Source of the DNA: an uncultured delta proteobacterium
Lineage (GTDB): Bacteria; Myxococcota_A; Polyangia; Polyangiales; Polyangiaceae
NCBI GenBank assembly: GCA_963696385.1
Contig: CAVOKF010000002.1
Coordinates: 1 to 64,000 of the forward strand
Direction: 5' to 3'
Length of the DNA: 64,000 nt
Position numbers and translations under genes: made by a program
Shown here: in pieces, positions 9,723 through 20,900 of the stretch
Numbering within the stretch: position 1 is the stretch's first letter
Layout of the letters: every line of letters starts with the position of its first letter
Notes under the pieces: generated by a model
The model's database searches: none
What the model saw: the letters and a program-made list of their open reading frames with translations, nothing else
Told to the model about the DNA's origin: nothing

Positions 9723-10049
9723 TCAGTCCCCGGCATCGTCGCCGCTCGACGTGTCGGTGGCCGCATCACCGGACGGCGCCGCTGCGTCGCCGGAATCGGC
9801 CTGTGCTCCCGCATCCGCCGCGTCCTCCGCGGCCGCATCCCCGGAGGGTGCCGCCGCGTCGCCGGAATCGGTCTGTGCTCCGGCATCCGCCGCGGCCTCG
9901 GCGGCCGCGTCGTGGGCCGTTGCGTCGGCGTGTGCGTCCGAGCTCGCGTCGGGCGGCAACGGCAGGGTGTTGTCGTCGCCCTGGCAGCCCGAAAGCATAG
10001 CGGCGACGACGGTCAAAGCGGACCATCGCAAAACGAAGGGTAAGGGCAT
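9723..10049 (-). CDS. Small low-complexity lipoprotein
   Basis: Lipobox MLSG-C then D/A/S/G-rich tail; lies right downstream of the porin gene. Confidence 0.6.
   Translation of the reverse strand: MPLPFVLRWSALTVVAAMLSGCQGDDNTLPLPPDASSDAHADATAHDAAAEAAADAGAQTDSGDAAAPSGDAAAEDAADAGAQADSGDAAAPSGDAATDTSSGDDAGD
9759..9902. repeat. 72-bp tandem duplication (24 aa) inside the lipoprotein gene
   Basis: Units begin ggccgcatc at 9759 and 9831. Confidence 0.85.
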
Positions 10050-10090
10050 CGTCGTCTCCTTGGGGTCGAGCCAGTGCCGTCTCGCAGGCC

Positions 10091-11706
10091 TCAATAGACG
10101 ACCTGCGCGCGAAGAAAGATGATGTTTTCGGCCTCGCGATGGCCGATCGCCAGCTCCGCCGGCGTGCTGGCCCCACCCTGAAACTCGGTGTGATCCCAGT
10201 TGACCACGAACTTGGCGTTGTCGCTCCAGTACCAGTTGATCCCGGCCGTGACCTCCGTCGCCCCGTGAACCGATCCGGTCGGCGATGCAAAGTTGGGGAA
10301 TGCGTCGCGATCGATGCCAAGGTGACCCACTCGGCCGGCAATCTCGAGCGCTCCGAAATGGCCCGCCGCCGGCTCGACGGGCGTTTCCACGTGGACAAAG
10401 TCGTAGGATGCCTGCGCGCCGAACAGCAGGAAGGTGGCCTGGGCCTGGTACGCGTGGTTGCTGACCCAGGTGTTGGCGTAGCCTGCGCGCCCAACCTCCT
10501 GATCGGAGATGTAGTACTCGCCGAGGATGCCGAGCGGGCCGATGGCCTCGTACAAGTACGCGCCGTAGCGGTTGTGGGGGCCGTTCGCGACGACGGTGTT
10601 CGCATAGTTGGCCGTCGTGCCGGACGCGGCCGCAATGTAGGTGAAGTCGTTGATCTGTCCAGGGGTCTTGTATGCGGGAGTCGATGCCGGGTTGGTGAGC
10701 GAGGTATTGGTCGGGTTTCCGTGCACGCGCCCGAAGGTCGTGGAGACGCCCACGAAGAGTCGGCCGAGCAACTGGGGTCGGAGCAGTCTGAAGGGACGAA
10801 AGTAAGCCCGCCCTGCAAACTCCTTCGGGCTGTCGTTCGCGAGGTCCGCGCTGCCGTTGTCGGGCACCCCGTTGAAGATGCCGCCCGCATAGCCGAAGAT
10901 GCCTTGGAAGACATCGCCGTGGACCATGGCCCCGACGTCTCGATTCGGCGTGAGCAGCGTCGGCAGGCCGAACTCCACGAACGACAGGTTGGACGTCGGC
11001 TGCAAGCGCTCGAGGCCGAATGGCGGACGGAACTTGCCGAATCGAAACCTCAAGGCGTCGTCCAGATCGAGACCCAGGTAGGCATCCTGCAGAACGGTCG
11101 TTCCGCCTCCGAAGTCGGGGTTGACGAGGAACGACACGCCGTACGGCATGCTTCCCTCGATGTAGGGCTGGGCGCGCCGAATGAGAAATGTGTTGATTTC
11201 GGGACGCTGCGTGTTGTCAAACCAAAAGCGCCCATCGGCTTGAACCAGGGCTCGGAAGCGAATTTGCCACTGCTTGTCGTGGGAGCTGAGGCCGAAACCT
11301 CCCGGTCCGGCGGCAACCGAGGCCGGATCCCCGGGCCGCCCTTGGCGGTCGGCGTGACGCGCAACTCGCGGACTTCCGGTGCGGCTCCCGGCGGCGTCTC
11401 CGGAGCCGCGTTCGGAGACAAGACGACCGGGGCCGACTGCGGGGCCGCAGGGCTCTCCAACGCCGAGGGCAAGACCGGCACGGCCGAACTGCCCTCGGTT
11501 GTGGGCCTCGTTCGAGGCGGTTGCGCCGGTGCGACGTCAGGCGGCTGTTCCGGCCCTGGGGCTTGCGGTGCCGCCGCGGCGGTGCCGGACGAAACCGGCG
11601 AAGGCAGGGGCGCCGAAGCCGAGGCGGCCGCGCTCTGGGCGTGCGCCGGCTCGATCGTCGACCAAGCGAGAGTGAATGCCATGAACATCAAAAAAGAACG
11701 TGTCAT
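10091..11706 (-). CDS. Phosphate-selective porin OprO/OprP family (one apparent frameshift at ~11330)
   Basis: Signal peptide MTRSFLMF...AHAQ, Pro-rich linker, then FRALVQADGRF, LQDAYL, GKFRPPFGLERLQ, GINWY, C-terminal RAQVVY; frames join at a G4 run. Confidence 0.85.
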
Positions 11707-12172
11707 TCGGATTCCCCAGGACGGCAAGGGAGCAACGGTCGGAAAGCGAAGACCCGGGCGACGCAAACGCATGCCGCGTACCGGCCGAGGCCTCGCAAGG
11801 AAGCATCCGCTATAACAGACACGACGATCGATCGCCAAGAGGGATCGAACTCCCGGCGTCGACAACCAGGCCGGTCGCCAACCTCACGGGTCACCCGCGT
11901 CTCCTTCAAGAGCGCCACGAGACAAGAGCCACGAGATTTTCCGTGCACGACGGAAACGGAAAGGCTCCAAGTCCATCCGTGCATGGGGCCATCACGATGC
12001 GAGAGTCGACACCCTCGGCGTGAACGGTCCAGTCGTGACAAGGACCGCGGCGCACGCGCTCGAGCCTCGACCCGATCGCAGTGGGCTCGGAAACCAAGTC
12101 CAGTCTATAAGACCTGGCGAGGCACACCGCCGTTCGGCCGTGGTCTCCACGTCGAAAGGGCCGGAACCGATC

Positions 12173-12613
12173 ATGAATCATTTCACCCCCGTCGCATCGT
12201 CGCTCGGCGGTCTCTTGCTGGGCGTCGCGTGCTCCCTCCTTTTTGTCGCCAACGGCCGCATCCTCGGCATCAGCGGGATCCTCGGCGAAATTCCGTGGGT
12301 CACCGCAGACGAGCGGACGTGGCGCCTCGTGTTTCTCGCGGGTCTACTCACCGGCGGTTTCGCCCTGAGGCTCGTGGATCGATCGACCTTGGCATTCGCG
12401 TCCGAGCAAACGGCCGCTGTCGCGATTGTGTCGGGGCTGCTCGTCGGTTTCGGAACGCGCCTCGGCAACGGGTGCACGAGCGGCCATGGACTGTGCGGGA
12501 TCGCACGCCTGTCCAAGCGCTCGATCGTCGCGACGGGGGTCTTCATGGCGACGGGTGCGGCCACCGTGTTCGTCGTGAGACACGTGTTTCATCTCGGCGG
12601 GGGCGTATCGTGA
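12173..12613 (+). CDS. YeeE/YedE family sulfur-compound transporter subunit
   Basis: NGRILGISG, GLLVGFGTRLGNGCTSGHGLCG. Confidence 0.9.
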   Translation: MNHFTPVASSLGGLLLGVACSLLFVANGRILGISGILGEIPWVTADERTWRLVFLAGLLTGGFALRLVDRSTLAFASEQTAAVAIVSGLLVGFGTRLGNGCTSGHGLCGIARLSKRSIVATGVFMATGAATVFVVRHVFHLGGGVS

Positions 12614-13074
12614 TTCGGCTGGCCGTCAGTTACCTGAGCGGGGTCCTCTTCGCCATCGGCCTCGGCATCTCCGGCATGACGCACCCGTCCAAGGTGTTGG
12701 CCTTCCTCGACTTCACGGGCGCATGGGACCCGAGCCTGGCCTTGGTCATGGCGGGCGGCCTGCTCGTGAACTTCGTCTTCTTTCGGCTCGCCAGACGCAG
12801 AGGGGCGCCCCTTTTTGCACCCGCCTTCGCCTTGCCGGCCGCGCACTTCGTCGACGCATCGCTCGTCGGCGGCGCTTGCCTCTTCGGCATCGGGTGGGGA
12901 CTTGGCGGGTTTTGCCCCGGCCCGGCGCTTGTTTCCGCGGTCACCGGCGAGACTCCCGTTCTTGCCTTCGTCGGTTCCATGCTCCTGGGCATGACCGTTT
13001 TTGACGCGTTCGAGAAGCGCGCAAGTTCGAAAACGCTCGAGGCACGGCCTAGACCTGGCCTCGAGCCGCGCTAG
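12610..13074 (+). CDS. YeeE/YedE family partner subunit
   Basis: GLGISGMTHPSKVLAFLD, WDPSL, FGIGWGLGGFCPGP; GTGA overlap. Confidence 0.9.
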   Translation: MIRLAVSYLSGVLFAIGLGISGMTHPSKVLAFLDFTGAWDPSLALVMAGGLLVNFVFFRLARRRGAPLFAPAFALPAAHFVDASLVGGACLFGIGWGLGGFCPGPALVSAVTGETPVLAFVGSMLLGMTVFDAFEKRASSKTLEARPRPGLEPR

Positions 13075-13970
13075 CGGGGTGAGCCGGTGGCCATCCGACG
13101 CCGGTACGCCTCGACGAAGTCGGCGACCGCCCGGCTCCCCGCCGCGAACGACTTCTGGGCTTCTTCGTGCAGCAGCATCAGCGCTTCCATCTTGAGGGCG
13201 TTCGCGCGGTCGTCGTCGACAATCGCCGTCAGGGATCGGGGACGAGGCAGGTCGACGTCCAACACGGCTCGGACCCGCGTGGGGATGTGGCTCATCACGA
13301 GCAGCCGATCGGCGAGAAAGATGGCCTCATCGATGTCGGTCGTGACAAACATGTGGGTGGGACGCGCTTCCTCCCAGAGCCCGGCGTAGTACTCGAGCAT
13401 CAGTTTTTTGGTCATGGCGTCCAAGCCGCGGAAGGGCTCGTCGAGAATCATCACCGACGGCTTGTTGATCAGGGCTCGGGCCAATTCGGCCCTGCGTTGC
13501 ATGCCCCCCGAGAGCTGGGAGGGGTACTTCGCGCGGAACGCCCCTAAGCCGACCTTGTCGATCAGGCGCGAAGCGACGTCTTTCACCAAAGGGGTGCATT
13601 CCCCGCGAGCCTTCGGGCCATACAGGACGTTGTCGGTCGTCGTCATCCACGGGAACAGCGCCGTCTCCTGGAACATCACGAGCCGATCGTGTCCCGGTCT
13701 GTCGACGCGCTTTCCGCCGACGAGGATTTCGCCACGCGTCGGCTTCTCGAAGCCTGCGATCAGGCGGATCAGCGTGCTCTTGCCCACTCCCGACGGGCCA
13801 ATCATCACGGTGAACTTGTTTCGATCGATCGTGAACGAGCACCCCTTCACGACCTCGCGAGCCGCGCGACCGACCCCGTAGGTCTTGTCGACGTCCCGGA
13901 CCTCGATCTGGGCCGCCTCCGCGGCAACGCTCGAAGGCGTCCGATGAACCGCGCCCGTACGCTCGAGCAT
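13071..13970 (-). CDS. ABC transporter ATP-binding protein (TauB/SsuB-like)
   Basis: GPSGVGKST, LSGGMQRR, ILDEPF; H-loop reads VTTD. Confidence 0.9.
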   Translation of the reverse strand: MLERTGAVHRTPSSVAAEAAQIEVRDVDKTYGVGRAAREVVKGCSFTIDRNKFTVMIGPSGVGKSTLIRLIAGFEKPTRGEILVGGKRVDRPGHDRLVMFQETALFPWMTTTDNVLYGPKARGECTPLVKDVASRLIDKVGLGAFRAKYPSQLSGGMQRRAELARALINKPSVMILDEPFRGLDAMTKKLMLEYYAGLWEEARPTHMFVTTDIDEAIFLADRLLVMSHIPTRVRAVLDVDLPRPRSLTAIVDDDRANALKMEALMLLHEEAQKSFAAGSRAVADFVEAYRRRMATGSPR

Positions 13971-14848
13971 CAGCGCACCGCGAGCCAGGGGGTAAGGCTC
14001 GATGCAAGCCGGCGCACGACGGCGCTCGAGAGGGTGCCCGCGATGCCGATCGAAAGCATTCCCACGACAATCTGCGGATAGGACCCGCCGACGTACGAGC
14101 TCCAGATGAAAAAGCCCAATCCGCCACCGGACGCCGCCGAGCTGCCTCCACCGCCGCCGGAGATCATCTCGGCCGCTACGACCACCTCCCACGTGATGCC
14201 GATGCCGACCTCCATCCCGACCGCGAGAGACGGCAGGACTCCCGGCAGGATGAGGCGCCGGAAGACGTTCCAGCGCGAGGCGCCCATGGAACGCGCCGCC
14301 TGCAGGAACCGGACGTCGATGGCACTCGCCCCACCGAGCACGTTGATGACGATCGTGTAGAAAGCACCCAAGAAAATGACGAAGTCGATCGACAGCTCTT
14401 GGGTAGGCCAAAAAATGATCGATGCGGGCACCCAGGCCAGCGGCGGAATCGGACGCAAAAGCTCGAAAACGGGAAATGCGATGCCACGAAACACCGGCAG
14501 CGTCGCCATCAACAAGGCAAACGGAACCCCCACACCGACCGCGGCGGTGAAACCGATGAGGACCCGGCCACCGCTCAGGACCCAGCTTTGCCAATACCCT
14601 CGATCGCCGATCAGTCGACCCCACGCGATCCATACGGCGCTCGGCGCCGGCAGATGGCCGATCCACGGCAGGGGGTGGCCAAGCCAGGTCGCACGGCTGG
14701 CCCCGAGCTGCCAGACGACGAGGACCACGCAAAAGGACACGAGCGCACGACGGTGGGCGCGGGACACGAGGGCCGTAGAAGGCCGCCTCGCACGGCGGCT
14801 TCCGGATGGGCGATCCGGCGGAACGGTTGCGATGGCGCCGACGGTCAC
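13970..14848 (-). CDS. ABC transporter permease (TauC/SsuC-like)
   Basis: LRPIPPLAWVP, AARSMGA, VVVAAEMI. Confidence 0.9.
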   Translation of the reverse strand: MTVGAIATVPPDRPSGSRRARRPSTALVSRAHRRALVSFCVVLVVWQLGASRATWLGHPLPWIGHLPAPSAVWIAWGRLIGDRGYWQSWVLSGGRVLIGFTAAVGVGVPFALLMATLPVFRGIAFPVFELLRPIPPLAWVPASIIFWPTQELSIDFVIFLGAFYTIVINVLGGASAIDVRFLQAARSMGASRWNVFRRLILPGVLPSLAVGMEVGIGITWEVVVAAEMISGGGGGSSAASGGGLGFFIWSSYVGGSYPQIVVGMLSIGIAGTLSSAVVRRLASSLTPWLAVR

Positions 14849-14852
14849 AAGC

Positions 14853-15697
14853 CTAGCCTTCCCGTTCGCCGAGCTCGAAGGCACGCCGGGCCTCCTGCTG
14901 TACGGTTTCCGCCGTCTCCCGCACGAGCTCACGGTAACGCCGGGTCCCGAGGACGCCCGGGTCGCGAGGGTGCGGAATGTCCACTTCGAGAATTTTTTGG
15001 GCCGGCACGGTCTTGATGTCATCACAACCACCTTGTGCCCAAGGAGGATCGCCTCCTCGAGATCGTGCGTAATGAAAAACATCGTGACCTGATTTCGAGC
15101 ATACATTTGGAGCAATGCATCGTGCATGACCGACTTCGTCAGTGAGTCCAAAGCGCGATACGGCTCGTCGAGCAGGAGCACGGTCGGGTCGTTCATTAGC
15201 GCCCGCACGATTTCGATCCTGCGCTTCACTCCGGACGACGTCTGCCCGGGATAGGCGTGCTCGTAGCCGGTGAGGCCGGCATCCGCCATCCTCTGGCGGG
15301 CCTTGTCGTAGGCTTCTGCGCGGGTCATGGTCTTCTGGACCATCGGTCCGAAGGCGACATTCTCGAGGTTCGTCTTCCACGGGAACAGCGCGCCGTTTTG
15401 GAATACGACGACGCGGTCGGGGCCCACGTCCGCCTGGCTCTGGCCTGGCCCGCAGAGCACCCTGCCGTCCAGGGTGATCGCCCCGGCCGTCACGCTGTGG
15501 AAGCCCGCGATGCTCTTGAGCAGTGTCGTTTTGCCGCAACCGGAGGGTCCGACGACGATGCAGATCTCTCCAGCCGCGATATCGAGCGAACAGTGGTCCA
15601 CCACCAGAACCCGTGCGCCGTCCGGATCGTAGACCTTGACGACGTCGTCGATCCGGATCGCGCCCCGGCGCGCGCTGGAGATCGCCGGGGCGATCAT
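14853..15697 (-). CDS. ABC transporter ATP-binding protein (frameshift in A6 run at ~14995)
   Basis: GPSGCGKTT, LLDEPY, ITHDLEEA; C-terminus ILEVDIPHPRD continues in the adjacent frame. Confidence 0.85.
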
Positions 15698-16566
15698 CAC
15701 CGACCCTCCATCGCCAGCTCCTTCGCGCGCCAGGCCATCCATCGATGGCCGACGAGTCGAACCGCCGCGCTCGTCGCGGTACCCACCACGCCGAGCGTGA
15801 TCATGCCGATGACGATGGTCGGATACTGCACCATCGTGTACGAGGTATTGATGACATAGCCGAGGCCGAACTGACCCGACACCATCTCCGCCGCGACCAG
15901 GGAGAACCACGCCACGCCGATGGAGATCTGCAGTCCCGTGAAGATGAAGGGCAGTGCGCCGGGCACGATCACATGACGGAAGACCTGCCACCGCGAGGCG
16001 CCCAGACAACGGGCGGCGAGCACGAGAGTCTCGTCGATCGACCGCACCCCCAGCACGGTGTTCAGAGCGGTCGCGAAGAAGGACGCGAGGAAGGTGAGAA
16101 AGACGACCGGCGTTTCCGACCCCGGGAACAGGATGATCGCAAGCGGCACCCACGCGAGAATGGGGATGGGGCGCAGCACCTCGAAGACGGGAAACACGTA
16201 CTCACGAAACGTCGTCGACCCACCCATCAGCAGGCCTACGGGCACGCCCACGGCGGTCGCGAGGAAAAAGGCGATGCCGATGCGTCGAAGGCTCGCCGCG
16301 ATGTGGCTGTAGTAGATGGGGGTGTGAATCGACAGACCGAAGGTCGGGTCTCGGCTCAGCCACTCGTGCACGACCTGTGTGAGCCCCGGCATCTCGCGGA
16401 AACGAGGCAGCCTGAGCACCTCCACCGCGAGGTACCACCCGCCGAGCAGCAGGGCATAGCCCACCAGCATCCCGTAGAGGTGCGGATGTCTGAACCACTC
16501 GGCAACCCGAAAGTGAATCCGCCCGAGGTGGGTCATCCGTGCATCGCGGCCGCGTTCTTCGTTCAT
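15697..16566 (-). CDS. ABC transporter permease
   Basis: LRPIPILAWVP, AARCLGA, LVAAEMV. Confidence 0.9.
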   Translation of the reverse strand: MNEERGRDARMTHLGRIHFRVAEWFRHPHLYGMLVGYALLLGGWYLAVEVLRLPRFREMPGLTQVVHEWLSRDPTFGLSIHTPIYYSHIAASLRRIGIAFFLATAVGVPVGLLMGGSTTFREYVFPVFEVLRPIPILAWVPLAIILFPGSETPVVFLTFLASFFATALNTVLGVRSIDETLVLAARCLGASRWQVFRHVIVPGALPFIFTGLQISIGVAWFSLVAAEMVSGQFGLGYVINTSYTMVQYPTIVIGMITLGVVGTATSAAVRLVGHRWMAWRAKELAMEGR

Positions 16567-16587
16567 GTTCTTCGGGTTCCGGTGTTC

Positions 16588-17787
16588 TTAACGAAAGGCC
16601 GTCTGGGGAGCGGCCCGGATCTCGGCGACAGGCTTGACGAACCCGCGCTCTCGAAGAATCTCATCGGTGAAGTGCGACACAATCGCGTCTTTCGGCAGCT
16701 CCGGTATGCCGATGCTTTTGACCTCGTAGAGGAACGCGGTCGCGGCCTGGAGGAGCGCGAGCGACTGAGGCGTGAACCCGAAAGGGATGGTCATGCGCAC
16801 CGACGAACCCCCGGCGCTTTCGGCATACGTGCCGAAAAGCGACTGCCACATTTCTCGCTCCTCGAAGCCGGTGGTCTGCTCCTTGGCCATCCGCGCGACG
16901 TCTCGCGAGTTCTTGGGATCGGCGAGAAAGATCTCGGCATCGAGCTCCGCCCGGAGCCATCCCGAAATGACGTCCGGACGCTGCTCGATGAGGTCGGCAC
17001 GTGCGTCGATGAACGCGCCGTCGGCCTCGTCCACGTCGTTGCCTGTCGCGACGCGCCGGGCGAGCCCCTCGGCGACGAGCCGCGAAGCGGTCGGCTCCCA
17101 AACGACCGCGGCGTCGAGTTTGTTGACGCGAAACCCGCTCGTGATGAGCTCGATGCTTTGGTTCAGGTAAGCCGCGGGCGTGATCTTCTGTTTGGCGAAC
17201 ACCGCCCGGGCGAAGCGGTCCGTGCAGCTGCCTTTCGGCACGGCGACCGTCTTGCCATCGAGCCATTGAAGGGCGGCCTTCGGATCCGAAAACGTCGGCG
17301 CATCGTTGCGCGTGAAGAACACGTTGCACTGGTCCCGACTCAACCCGATATGGGCCACGATGCGGATATCGGCAACCTCTCGCTTCGTGGCCCCGACGAT
17401 CGCGGGCATATCGCCCACGTAACCGATCTGTTGCTTGCCTGCCAGCATCGCGTTGATGAGGATCGAGCCCTGCAAGCCGATGTTGAACTCGACCGTCGAT
17501 CCGGCAGGCAGATACTTCTTCCACAGCGCCCGCCCGTTGAGCACGACGCCCGACCACGCCTCCGAATAGTAGGGTTGATACCCCACGACCAGATGAATAG
17601 GCTCGCCCGGCTTGCCGTAGGAGGCGAGTCCCGGCGAATTTTCCTTCGCCGATGAACCCGCGGCACTCGCTTGGGGGTCGGCGCTCTTTCGGCTGCATGC
17701 CCCGGCGAGGGCGACGACCAGCAAACCCAAACCGAGCCGTGCGAAGGCAGACGTTCGAGACGAGGGCGACGGCGACACGGCAGCCAT
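16588..17787 (-). CDS. ABC substrate-binding lipoprotein, sulfonate/nitrate/taurine class (MsmE-like)
   Basis: Lipobox LAGAC, IGYVGDMPA, VAVPKGS, DAAVVWEP; heads the SBP-permease-ATPase-permease-ATPase operon. Confidence 0.85.
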   Translation of the reverse strand: MAAVSPSPSSRTSAFARLGLGLLVVALAGACSRKSADPQASAAGSSAKENSPGLASYGKPGEPIHLVVGYQPYYSEAWSGVVLNGRALWKKYLPAGSTVEFNIGLQGSILINAMLAGKQQIGYVGDMPAIVGATKREVADIRIVAHIGLSRDQCNVFFTRNDAPTFSDPKAALQWLDGKTVAVPKGSCTDRFARAVFAKQKITPAAYLNQSIELITSGFRVNKLDAAVVWEPTASRLVAEGLARRVATGNDVDEADGAFIDARADLIEQRPDVISGWLRAELDAEIFLADPKNSRDVARMAKEQTTGFEEREMWQSLFGTYAESAGGSSVRMTIPFGFTPQSLALLQAATAFLYEVKSIGIPELPKDAIVSHFTDEILRERGFVKPVAEIRAAPQTAFR

Positions 17788-17947
17788 GGATCACGCCGGG
17801 CGATGACGTTCGAATCGCCGACGCGAGCAGACGTCTCATATAGTAGACACGCTGTCAACCGATCCAGCGGACCCGAGCGGCGGGACCGTCCCTCTGCGGC
17901 GTTCGGCCCTGCAACGGGCTGCGCCCCGAAAAAAATGTTCGCCGCTT

Positions 17948-20900
17948 CTAGGGCTTCCGCAGTCTCTGAATGGATCCGTTGCCGGCGCCGGTTCCCTGGT
18001 TGGCCCAATACACCGCCGTCGCGTCACCGGCGATCGCGACCGGCGTTTGCCCAACACCGACGGTAACCACCGTGCCGCCCGCGACGGGAGCCCGCTCCAC
18101 TCCGGAGCTGTCGATCCAGTAGACGTTCGTCCCGTCCACGTACAGCGGCCCCGGCGCGGTCGTGCTTTCCAAAGTCTGCGCCGTCGTCGCGAGCGACGTC
18201 GCGACACGTTGGAGTACATCGCTGACGTTATCGGTCCAATACACGTAACCGCCCGCGACGCCGATGCCCAGCGGACTCACGGCGGCCGCCAGCGATGTGG
18301 GCGTGCCACCGGCGAGCGGCTCGGCCATGACCGCCCCCGTGCCCAAGTCGGTCCAATAAATATTGGTGGCGTCGGCGGCCAAGCCCTTGGGGACGCAAGG
18401 CCCGGTGGTGAAGGCCGGGGGTGGCGTCGCGCTGGGCATCTGGAGCGGCTGGAAATAGAGCGTGGCGCCGCATTCGCCGACAATGGGGTTGAACAGGACG
18501 GAATAGAGATTCGCGCCGGTCGCCAGCACGCTCTGCATCGTGACCGGTACGCCGCAGTTCTCGATGGACCACTGCGTCGTCGCCGGGCCGCCGGTGTCGA
18601 GCGCCGAAAGGACGGCCGCCGACCCCAACAATGGATCCGCGCACGCGAGGTTGTTCGCCCAATACGTGTACGTCCCGTCGTTGGTGATGTACGGGCTCGC
18701 GTTGGTCGCGCTGCCCAACGTCCACGTCGTGCCGCCGGTGACTTTGACTCCCTGGACCGCGCCGGCCGAGTTGGTCCACATGACCTGCGTGCCGTCGCTG
18801 GTGAGCGCGGTCGGCTGAGCCGTCGCCGGCACGATCGCAATGGGCTGACACTCGCCGTCCAAGCACTCTCCGCCCAAGCAGTTGTGTTGGCACGCCCCGC
18901 AATTCGTCGACGAGGTCAAGAGGTTCGCCTCGCAGCCGTCCGAGGCGAGGCCGTTGCAATTGCCGAAGCCGGGGTCGCACGTTGCGACGGCGCACGCGCC
19001 GTCCGTGCACGCGGACGTCGCGTTGGCCAGGGCGCACGGCGTGCAGAGAGTGCCGCAGGTGTTCACACTCGTGCTGCTCGCGCACGCACCCGAGCAAATG
19101 TGGTAGCCCGCGTCGCACGCCGCGATGGCGCATACGCCCGTCGCGCACGTCGCCGTGGCGTTCGGCTGCGTGCAGGCGACGTTGCATCCGGCGCAGTTGG
19201 CGTTCGTATCGAGCGGAGTCTCGCAGCCGTCCGAGGCAAGGCCGTTGCAATTGCCGAAGCCGGGGTCGCATGTCGCGATGGCGCACGCGCCGTTCGTGCA
19301 CGCAGACGTCGCGTTGGATAGGGCGCACGGCGTGCACGAAGCCCCGCAGGTGTTCACACTCGTGCTGCTCGCGCACGCACCCGAGCAAATGTGGTAGCCG
19401 GCGTCGCACGTCGCGATGGCGCACACGCCCGTCGCGCACGTCGCCGTAGCGTTCGGCTGCGTGCAGGCGACGTTGCATCCGGCGCAGTTGGTGTTCGTAT
19501 CGAGCGGAGTCTCGCAGCCGTCCGAGGCAAGGCCGTTGCAATTGCCGAAGCCGGGGTTGCACGTCGCGATGGCGCACGCGCCGTTCGTGCACGCGGACGC
19601 CGCGTTGGCCAGGGCGCACGGCGTGCACGAAGCCCCGCAGGTGTTCACACTCGTGTTGGCCGCGCACGCACCCGAGCAAGCGTGGTAGCCCGCGTTGCAC
19701 GTGACCGCGCAGGTGCCTGTGGCCGTGACGCACGCCGCCACGCCGTCCATGGCCGGCGGGGGACACGTGCTGCACGCGACGCCGCCCAGTCCGCATTCGG
19801 CGGTCGTCTCGGCGGCGACGCACCCGTCGGCATTGCAGCATCCGTCCGGGCAGGACGCCGCGCCGCATGCAACGCAGGTTCCGTCGGAGCAAACCTTGCC
19901 GGTCCCGCATGGCTTTCCCTGGTTGACAGCGTTTCCGGCGACGCAATCGGGGCCCGACGAGCAGGACATCGTCCCGCTCCGGCACGTGTTGCCCGTGGGG
20001 GTGCATAGCGCGTTCGGCGTACAAGAAACGCAGTTGCCCGCGCCGTCGCAGACACCGCTCGGGACCGTCGCGGTTTCACAGGCCTTGCCCGCCGCGGCGT
20101 TCGTGGTCTGGTCCGTGCACGTCGGCACGCCGGCCGTGCACGCCGTAACGCTGCCGAGGTGACAGGGATTGGTCGCCGGTGCGCAGGCTGCGCCGACCGT
20201 GCACGTGCTGCAAACGCCGCCGTAGCAATACACCCCCGTGCCGCACGAGGAACCTTCGACCGCGTCTCCGACCGTCTGACACGTGGCCACGCCGGAGGAG
20301 CAGGCATACGCCTTGCGAATGCAAGGCAGTGTCGGGTCGGAGCAATCGCCCCCGGCGTTGCACGCGACGCACGCCCCGGCCGCGTTGCACACGAACGTGG
20401 CCGTTCCGGCGTCGACCGCGACACCCGCCTCGTCGGGCTGGGAGCAGGCCGTGCCCGCCTCGATCAGCTCCGTCGCAATCGGACTGCAGACCCGTCCGCC
20501 GTCCTCGCACACGTACGAACCCGACTGACACGACGAAAAGGCGCACGATCCACCCGGTGTGCACGTGGGCCCGATCGGCACGACGTCGGGCTCGGCGGAT
20601 GCATCCCCGGGTGCCGTGCCGTCCGGTGCGGCTTCTTCTGACCCCGTTTCGGCGGTCGCATCCGGCGGCGCTGCGGGCCCGGCTTCGACCGTCGCGTCCG
20701 GCATACCCGCTTCGAAGTCGTTCGGCGAGTAGGGGGGCAAGGTCGAAGCATTCACCGAATCCGCACCGCAGGTTCCCGAAGCCGGTTGACAGCTCTCGGT
20801 CTGCGGATCCGGGCAGGTCGTGTGAAGCTGGCCGGCGCAATTCGAGGAAAGCAAGACCACCAGCTCGGCGACCCGATCCTCGGGCACCTGAACCTCGATC

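Noticed and set aside
13970..16153. 727-aa ATPase-permease fusion ORF
   Set aside because: Artefact of the frameshift at ~14995 joining separate genes
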